NCBI GenBank assembly: GCA_030141605.1
Contig: JAQGDQ010001373.1
Coordinates: forward strand, 1 to 43,998
DNA length: 43,998 bases
Origin: Tubiluchus corallicola
Lineage: Eukaryota > Animalia > Priapulida
Reading direction: 5' to 3'
The notes below the pieces were generated by a model. That model saw only the letters and a list, made by a program, of their open reading frames with translations, had not been told where the DNA came from and made no database searches. Positions 35,150 through 43,998 of the stretch are shown piece after piece (within the stretch, counting starts at the first letter, position 1; the number at the start of each line of letters is the position of its first letter). The position numbers and the translations under genes are program-made.

Positions 35150-37388
35150 TTAGCAGTAGTCAATAGCCACTCGACAGAACAACAAGTTCTTGGGAAAAAA
35201 CTGGAATCATCTGCTTGCACAACTTTGTCTAGCACCCTATAGCAGTAACTAATAGCCACTCGACAGAACAACAAGTTCTTGGGAAAAAACTGGAATCATC
35301 TGCTTGCACAACTTTGTCAAACACCTTATAGCAGTAACTAATAGCCACTCGACAGAACAACAAGTTCTTGGGAAAAAACTGGAATCATCTGCTTGCACAA
35401 CTTTGTCAAACACCTTATAGCAGTAACTAATAGCCACTCGACAGAACAACAAGTTCTTGGGAAAAACTGGAATCATCTGCTTGCACAACTTTGTCAAACA
35501 CCTTATAGCAGTAACTAATAGCCACTCGACAGAACAACAAGTTCTTGGGAAAAAACTGGAATCATCTGCTTGCACAACTTTGTCAAACACCTATAGCAGT
35601 AACTAATAGCCACTCGACAGAACAACAAGTTCTTGGGAAAAAACTGGAATCATCTGCTTGCACAACTTTGTCAAACACCTTATAGCAGTAACTAATAGCC
35701 ACTCGACAGAACAACAAGTTCTTGGGAAAAAACTGGAATCATCTGCTTGCACAACTTTGTCAAACACCTTATAGCAGTAACTAATAGCCACTCGACAGAA
35801 CAACAAGTTCTTCGGGAAAAACTGGAATCATCTGCTTGCACAACTTTGTCAAACACCTTATAGCAGTAACTAATAGCCACTCGACAGAACAACAAGTTCT
35901 TGGGGAAAAAACTGGAATCATCTGCTTGCACAACTTTGTCAAACACCTTATAGCAGTAACTAATAGCCACTCGACAGAACAACAAGTTCTTGGGAAAAAA
36001 CTGGAATCATCTGCTTGCACAACTTTGTCAAACACCTTATAGCAGTAACTAATAGCCACTCGACAGAACAACAAGTTCTTGGGAAAAAACTGGAATCATC
36101 TGCTTGCACAACTTTGTCAAACACCTTATAGCAGTAACTAATAGCCACTCGACAGAACAACAAGTTCTTGGGAAAAAACTGGAATCATCTGCTTGCACAA
36201 CTTTGTCAAACACCTTATAGCAGTAACTAATAGCCACTCGACAGAACAACAAGTTCTTGGGAAAAAACTGGAATCATCTGCTTGCACAACTTTGTCAAAC
36301 ACCTTATAGCAGTAACTAATAGCCACTCGACAGAACAACAAGTTCTTGGGAAAAAACTGGAATCATCTGCTTGCACAACTTTGTCAAACACCTTATAGCA
36401 GTAACTAATAGCCACTCGACAGAACAACAAGTTCTTGGGAAAACAACTAGAATCATCTGCTTGCACAACTTTGTCAAACACCTTATAGCAGTAACTAATA
36501 GCCACTCGACAGAACAACAAGTTCTTGGGAAAAAACTGGAATCATCTGCTTGCACAACTTTGTCAAACACCCTATAGCAGTAACTAATAGCCACTCGACA
36601 GAACAACAAGTTCTTGGGAAAAAACTGGAATCATCTGCTTGCACAACTTTGTCAAACACCTTATAGCAGTAACTAATAGCCACTCGACAGAACAACAAGT
36701 TCTTGGGAAAAAACTGGAATCATCTGCTTGCACAACTTTGTCAAACACCTTATAGCAGTAACTAATAGCCACTCGACAGAACAACAAGTTCTTGGGAAAA
36801 AACTGGAATCATCTGCTTGCACAACTTTGTCAAACACCTTATAGCAGTAACTAATAGCCACTCGACAGAACAACAAGTTCTTGGGGAAAAAACTGGAATC
36901 ATCTGCTTGCACAACTTTGTCAAACACCTTATAGCAGTAACTAATAGCCACTCGACAGAACAACAAGTTCTTGGGAAAAAACTGGAATCATCTGCTTGCA
37001 CAACTTTGTCAAACACCTTATAGCAGTTACTAATAGCCACTCGACAGAACAACAAGTTCTTGGGAAAAAACTGGAATCATCTGCTTGCACAACTTTGTCA
37101 AACACCTTATAGCAGTAACTAATAGCCACTCGACAGAACAACAAGTTCTTGGGAAAAAACTGGAATCATCTGCTTGCACAACTTTGTCAAACACCTTATA
37201 GCAGTAACTAATAGCCACTCAACAGAACAACAAGTTCTTGGGAAAAAACTGGAATCATCTGCTTGCACAACTTTGTCAAACACCCTATAGCAGTAACTAA
37301 TAGCCACTCAACAGAACAACAAGTTCTTGGGAAAAAACTGGAATCATCTGCTTGCACAACTTTGTCAAACACCCTATAGCAGTAACTA
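35150..37388. repeat. 89 bp satellite, about 25 near-identical copies
   Basis: AATAGCCACTCGACAGAACAACAAGTTCTTGGGAAAAAACTGG... every 89 bp, no spacers. Confidence 0.98.
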
Positions 37389-39049
37389 GGAACCAAATGA
37401 AATTTAGAGAATGGGAGCAATTTTCCATAATCATCAATGGTCAAAATTTACAAGCAACTTGATAGAACAACAGCACTTAAGGCAAAAATTAGAATGATGT
37501 CTGCTGGACTGCTTCGCCATGGAACCTGTTGCTGTGATTGTTTAAAAACCAAAGGGAAATAATAATCGAAAAGAAAACGTACTTTAGCATTCTTAAATGT
37601 GTTTACAAAAGGAAATGTTGTTTCTCGAATGAAAAGAAATCTGCAAAAATCAACATAAAAACAAAAACTGTTAAAAAAGACAAATAATGGCGGCGGCAAC
37701 AACAATGACGACGAAAATAATTGCTGGCAGTCTTGTGGTTTCTTTACGAAGAAGCTAGTTGTAGTGGAGATGACGATGATGATGATGATAGCGAAGACGA
37801 TCATGACAATACTGAAACAAAATAATACAATGCTTGTTTGTAAAATAGCCCAGTTCTACATAGAAATGTGAATGGTTCCCAGTCGAGGAAGAAAAAACGT
37901 TTCTGCATTCAGTGATTACCTGATTCAACTGTGAGAAATCTACAAGAAATCTACAGAAATCTAGAACACGCAAATTCGTTTGTTCGTCAACCGAAAAACA
38001 TTTAAATTTTACAATGTGCATTACAAAAGCCCACAGTGATGTGACATCTAATGATTTTAATCATTATTTTACCACGAATAGGTTAAACTGGTACTATAAA
38101 TCAGACTATTAAATTAGTTGTAAAATTTCTTTAATCACAATAATAACGGATTGGGGATCGTGAATGCTGGGTATAGGAAACACAGGACAAAATCTTGTCC
38201 TTACAAAGTACGAGGATGGAAGAGAAAGATAAATTATTGCTGGCACCGAGCCAAGATTACAGCTGCAAGATCTTCACAGATATTCATAAATATTTGCTCA
38301 AAACTTCATGCAAGATAACTAGAGAATTTTTGCTGCCAAATTATCAGTGGGGAGGGGTAATGTCCATGGAGATTTTATACCACTTACATTCTACATTTTC
38401 GTATGCATTGCTTGCGTCGGAAGTAACGCTGTATAAAACGTGTAAATTTGAACTCCAGATGACCGTTAGGTGAGGCCATTTTAATCGTAGGTCGTTTGAA
38501 AAAAGTTTTGATAACATTAAATAAAGTTTGAAAAAATAATCAGAGTATTCGTAGCATGAACGTGCTAACTAAGTAAACTTTTAAATTACTGAATCTTGTC
38601 AATAAGATTAAAAATACGTTCTTGGCTAGTGAGTGGCGCACCCTGGAGGGTGAATCAGTGACATTTTACCAATTGGCACAAACATTTTAAATTATTAGTC
38701 TAGTTATTTAGGTCATTCCAGCACGTTAAGTGAAATGCTAAGTAATATAGTTTTGCATGGAAAGTTTTTTAGATCATAATTTAACATTTCCTTTTCTTCC
38801 CCTGATTTACGTGGCGTCGGAACAGTATTGCGGGAGATTTAAAATGAAAACAAACGAAAATTCTTTTCGACGTGAATACGATATTTACATAAAATTACTG
38901 TAAAGTAGTATAATTTTTCAAGGTGATTTTTCTGAAACCTACTTCAGGTGCCCCTTTTCTTGTCCTTTAAGCGCTCAACCAACATTAGTAGTTGTCCAGA
39001 ACAAGCCCAAACCAGTGTCAGTTAATCACCAAATTCACTAGATTAGAAC

Positions 39050-39268
39050 TATACAAGGTGCTTGTTTACTGTTTATACCATGTTCAGAGCAGACTGTACC
39101 ACTCTATACAAGGTGCTTGTTTACTGTTTATACCATGTTCAGAGCAGACTGTACCACTCTATACAAGGTGCTTGTTTACTGTTTATACCATGTTCAGAGC
39201 AGACTGTACCACTCTATACAAGGTGCTTGTTTACTGTTTATACCATGTTCAGAGCAGACTGTACCACT
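39050..39268. repeat. 55 bp tandem repeat, 4 copies
   Basis: TATACAAGGTG at 39050, 39105, 39160 and 39215. Confidence 0.95.
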
Positions 39269-39439
39269 AAACAAGCTAAGCAGTTAGCTGGGGCAACAAA
39301 TTTTAGAAGTCTCTAATTTTTAAGTTTAGCATAAGTGATAACAATTATGAACAATTGTGCTTAATAAACCAAGAGGGCTAGAACATGCACCAATTATACG
39401 CTACCGTTATACTTTATAATATTGTCACTACAAATTCAA

Positions 39440-39604
39440 TTTTGGGGGGTATGGTGGAGGCGGCAGCGGGAGAAGGGATTGAGCGTTGAAGAGAGGGCGC
39501 TAAAAACTCTACGTGGAAAAGTGGGCGCTAAAAATTCTACCTGGAAGAGAAGGCGTTAAAAAGTGTTTGCTTAGAGCACCCCAATTTGCCTAGAGCCGTC
39601 CCTG
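39440..39604. mobile_element. Right end of a hAT-type non-autonomous element
   Basis: Subterminal GGCGYTAAAAA repeated three times; terminus CCTAGAGCCGTCCCTG (reverse complement CAGGGACGGCTCTAGG). Left TIR not found. Confidence 0.5.
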
Positions 39605-41087
39605 ACCGTGTTACATTTTTATACAGTCACAAAACAGAATATAAACACTAAATTTAAGTAGGACACACTGGAACACTATAGACTATCCTGTTAAGTATAA
39701 AGGAAACAGACAAGAGAGATACGTGGAGTAAACAAAGCTCGACCACTTCTGGAAGTTGTCCATAATAAACCCAGTGTAAGTGATAGTCTTACAAATCAAC
39801 AATTGTTAAGAAACTAAGTGTCCAAGTCTTTGAAGTAGTTAGGCGTAATGGTAACGTATAACTTGAGAGGGAAGTTTTTTTGCGACTTGAGTTACTATAA
39901 AAAGTACTAACACTATAAATTATAATAAATTTACTATATAGTGCCTTGCGTTATTGTACTGCTGTAAATGCCAAATTAAGTCAGCGTAAGTTGACAGCGA
40001 GGCTGTAATCTCGGACCAACCAGTGAGTTTAACCACCCCTAAAAGACCTCAAGAACAAACCAACGGAGGTGTTGGTAGACTCAAGATCACGTTTTATAAA
40101 ACTTTGCCATTGTTTCTTCTTCAGACGAAAACATTCAAATGCTGCATGTTGTAAATTACACTGACCACCAGGGACAAATAATGTGCAAACATCTCACCTA
40201 GTGGTTTAGAGAGTAAGCAGGCAGGGGACGAATACGAAAGTGCAGCACAGTTTAAAAATAGCAAAACTCATTGAATAGTCAAAACACAACTTTCCAACCC
40301 AGAGATTATTTATTTATTATTTGGATTACTTATGTAACTGTCACTTCAACTGTGTCTTAGAACTCTAGAATTGTTAAGGAGCTAAGTCATCAAACTTAAG
40401 CAGGTCATAACAAGAGATGGGAGAGAAATTGTTGTTGGGTAAGTGGTGACATGGGGGAGGGCAGTATAAGGTCAAAGTTTACAACAAGTAAGGACTATGA
40501 GCGGCTGGACAAACAAAGGTACTCCTCTTACTGTACCAAGTGAGGAAGTGACATTGGAGAAGTGGTCAGTGACCTTGAGTGGGTGGATTAAAGTCAAAGG
40601 AGATGAAAGTTTAAAAACTACTAGAGAAAGGAGGTTACAAAACTGCAAGGAGCTCATTGACAAACATTATGCAACTCATAACAAGAGGTAGATGAGTAAC
40701 TAAGATGGGGTATTCAGTGACTTTGAGTGGGTGGTTCACAGGTAAAGGTGACATCAAAAGCACAACGGCAAAGAATTCGGAAAGGAAAGGTAGATAACTT
40801 ACTGTACCAGGTGGAGAAGGAGATCGATGAAGTAATCAATGACTTTAGATTAGTGGTGGAAGAGGAAAGGATGCTACGATTTAGAAACAATTATAAGAGA
40901 CAATTGCATTAAAATGGTAAGCGGGAGTTGTGTGCCTGAACTGATGCAACTTATACGGTTGAAGGTCAAAAGTCACAACAATTTCAAAATGTGGGTGTTT
41001 AAGATGACAGGCTGTCGTTCCAAAACGACAAGGAGTTAGGAAAGCAGAAGCTTACAACGCATTGTACTGGTGGGGCAAAGAACGTTG

Positions 41088-42502
41088 GTGACTTTAGTTT
41101 GTGGTTTAAATTCAGTGAAAACTCAGCTTTCTATAGGTGACTTTAGTTTGTGGTTTAAATTCAGTGACAACTCAGATTCTCTATAAGTGACTTTAGCTTG
41201 TGGTTTAAATTCAGTGACATAGGTGACTTTAGTTTGTGGTTTAAATTCAGTGACAACTCAAATTCTCTATAGTTGACTTTAGTTTGTGGTTTAAATTCAG
41301 TGACAACTCAAGCTCTCTATAGGTGACTTTAGCTTGTGGTTTAAATTCAGTGACAACTCAAGCTCTCTATAGGTGACTTTAGCTTGTGGTTTAAATTCAG
41401 TGACAACTCAGCTCTCTATAGGTGACTTTAGTTTGTGGTTTAAATTCAGTGACAACTCAAGCTCTCTATAGGTGACTTTAGTTTGTGGTTTAAATTCAGT
41501 GACAACTCAGCTCTCTATAGGTGACTTTAGTTTGTGGTTTAAATTCAGTGACAACTCAACTCTCTATAGGTGACTTTAGCTTGTGGTTTAAATTCAGTGA
41601 CAACTCAAGCTCTCTATAGGTGACTTTAGCTTGTGGTTTAAATTCAGTGACAACTCAACTCTCTATAGGTGACTTTAGTTTGTGGTTTAAATTCAGTGAC
41701 AACTCAGCTCTCTATAGGTGACTTTAGTTTGTGGTTTAAATTCAGTGACAACTCAAGCTCTCTATAGGTGACTTTAGTTTGTGGTTTAAATTCAGTGACA
41801 ACTCAGCTCTCTATAGGTGACTTTAGTTTGTGGTTTAAATTCAGTGACAACTCAAGCTCTCTATAGGTGACTTTAGTTTGTGGTTTAAATTCAGTGACAA
41901 CTCAACTCTCTATAGGTGACTTTAGTTTGTGGTTTAAATTCAGTGACAACTCAGCTCTCTATAGGTGACTTTAGTTTGTGGTTTAAATTCAGTGACAACT
42001 CAGCTCTCTATAGGTGACTTTAGTTTGTGGTTTAAATTCAGTGACAACTCAACTCTCTATAGGTGACTTTAGTTTGTGGTTTAAATTCAGTGACAACTCA
42101 ACTCTCTATAGGTGACTTTAGCTTGTGGTTTAAATTCAGTGACAACTCAACTCTCTATAGGTGACTTTAGCTTGTGGTTTAAATTCAGTGACAACTCAGC
42201 TCTCTATAGGTGACTTTAGCTTGTGGTTTAAATTCAGTGACAACTCAACTCTCTATAGGTGACTTTAGTTTGTGGTTTAAATTCAGTGACAACTCAACTC
42301 TCTATAGGTGACTTTAGTTTGTGGTTTAAATTCAGTGACAACTCAACTCTCTATAGGTGACTTTAGCTTGTGGTTTAAATTCAGTGACAACTCAAACTCT
42401 CTATAGGTGACTTTAGCTTGTGGTTTAAATTCAGTGACAACTCAACTCTCTATAGGTGACTTTAGTTTGTGGTTTAAATTCAGTGACAACTCAACTCTCT
42501 AT
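41088..42502. repeat. 48-49 bp satellite, about 29 copies
   Basis: Unit GGTGACTTTAGYTTGTGGTTTAAATTCAGTGACAACTCA(A/G/AG)CTCTCTATA. Confidence 0.98.
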
Positions 42503-43744
42503 AAAAGACAGTTAACAGAACTACGTTGAGTGACCAATAATGACGTAGCCAGTGATACAATATGATAAAATGTGCCTGCTTTTTTACAAAAAAACACATC
42601 ACTTGCAACTTATCATTAAAATTATATCTGCTGCTAAAAGAGTTTTTCCCAATCTAATATCACTTTATTGAGAAGTAAGTTTAATTGCTGTAATTTCAGT
42701 TAAATTACTGCAGTAAAAACAAGTTCTACCTCAGGACTAAAGGCAAGATTACAAGATGGTTTTTAGCCCAAATTTTAATCATAACATCTTCAACACACAA
42801 CGCCGCAGTGTTCAAGTTGCTACAGTTACTGCAGCAGCTGCCGGCAGCGCTGCAGTCGCTCTTGATGATTCAGAGCCTATTAATTAACGTAATCCTAATT
42901 AGTGCAGATCTAACTGCAAGATATTCAAAGTTTTACAAAGTAAAAGCCGTGTCTCACTGTTTCTTATTTATCTCGTAAATTTTGGAAGACTTTGTAAGGC
43001 TTTGAATAAAATAATCTATTCTTTAATTAATAAATTAATTAACGGCTCTAACGTGGCAAGGAGAGTAGGACCTTTTAAATGATTTGCATATCATATAAAC
43101 ATAAAAAACCACTTGATAAAAACAAGTTTTATAGTTTTAATTGATGAGACCCTACGCTCCTTACCTACCGCCCTGTTACTAACTAAAACTAAAACTAATT
43201 ATCACTAATTATCACTAACTATCTCTAACTATTGCTAAAACTGCTGCAGCTTGAACATGTGACACATCAAATTTTCCGATGATTGTTTATGAATATTTTT
43301 CTAACATTTTTGAAATTAAAACAACATGGAAGTCTTAAAATTGCTCAAGTAAGCGGATTTTCAACAAATTTTGCTTTCAGAACTGGATCATAGAAAATGT
43401 CTGCACTACAGTAACTTAATGATTACGTTTTCAACTCAAACTGTCTTGCATAAATTAGTGCAGCAGATATAATAAGTAAACCTTAGCTAGCATAGGTCTA
43501 CTGATTAATTGCAAGTGAAACAAGTGTGTGTGGTAGTGGGGGGGGGGGGGGGTGTCAGGTCACTAAACAGTTTGATCACAGGAGACGAAAAGTAAAAATT
43601 AAACAGAGAAGTAAATAAGACTTGGAACTATTATAAACAACGCAGACGTGTAAATGATAGAAATGATTTTGTAAATGAAAAATCTAAAAATTAAAAAAAT
43701 CATTTTACTTCTTTTACTGTCGTGTAGACTACGATGTAAAAAAT

Positions 43745-43998
43745 TGAAAATGGCACACATTTATAAGGTATCCTGTTTTACAGTTTGAAAAAGGCACACA
43801 TTTGTAAGGTATCCTGTTTTACAGTTTGAAAAAGGCACACATTTGTAAGGTCTCCTGTTTTACAGTTTGAAAAAGGCACACATTTGTAAGATCTCCTGTT
43901 TTACAGTTTGAAAATGGCACACATTTGTAAGGTCGCCTGTTTTACAGTTTGAAAATGGCACACATTTGTAAGGTCTCCTGTTTTACAGTTTGAAAATG
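43745..43998. repeat. 41 bp tandem repeat, at least 6 copies, runs off the right edge
   Basis: Unit GGCACACATTTGTAAGGTMTCCTGTTTTACAGTTTGAAAAW. Confidence 0.95.

Noticed and set aside
35150-37388. CRISPR-like appearance of the 89 bp array (also the 48 bp array at 41088-42502)
   Set aside because: Units are identical end to end with no unique spacers, no cas genes, and the context is eukaryotic.

Overview
AT-rich, repeat-dense animal (probably invertebrate) genomic DNA, not prokaryotic. Most ORFs in the supplied track are artefacts of tandem repeats, and the real genes are spliced and were read by hand. Three genes are supported. (1) The first coding exon of an annexin (minus strand, 2964-3078), whose remainder lies left of the window. 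(2) A divergently oriented secreted pentraxin-domain gene with 7 coding exons (plus strand, 6426-16185, about 297 aa) and an altered Ca2+-site motif. (3) A small gene (plus strand, 31431 to at least 33959) with two symmetric exons that each encode an atypical MYT1/CCHHC-like zinc finger (C-x5-C-x4-N-x7-H-x5-C), carrying a 1-nt frameshift in a G run. Mobile DNA includes an RTE-LINE derivative whose 5' end is a twister ribozyme starting at the cleavage site, two 5S-rRNA-derived elements, a Tigger/pogo-like MITE with a tandemly amplified TIR, a tRNA-derived head, and a decayed piggyBac transposase interrupted by a LINE fragment and a hAT MITE. More than 15 unrelated micro-, mini- and satellite arrays are also present. 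Family assignments rest on recalled motifs; no searches were run.
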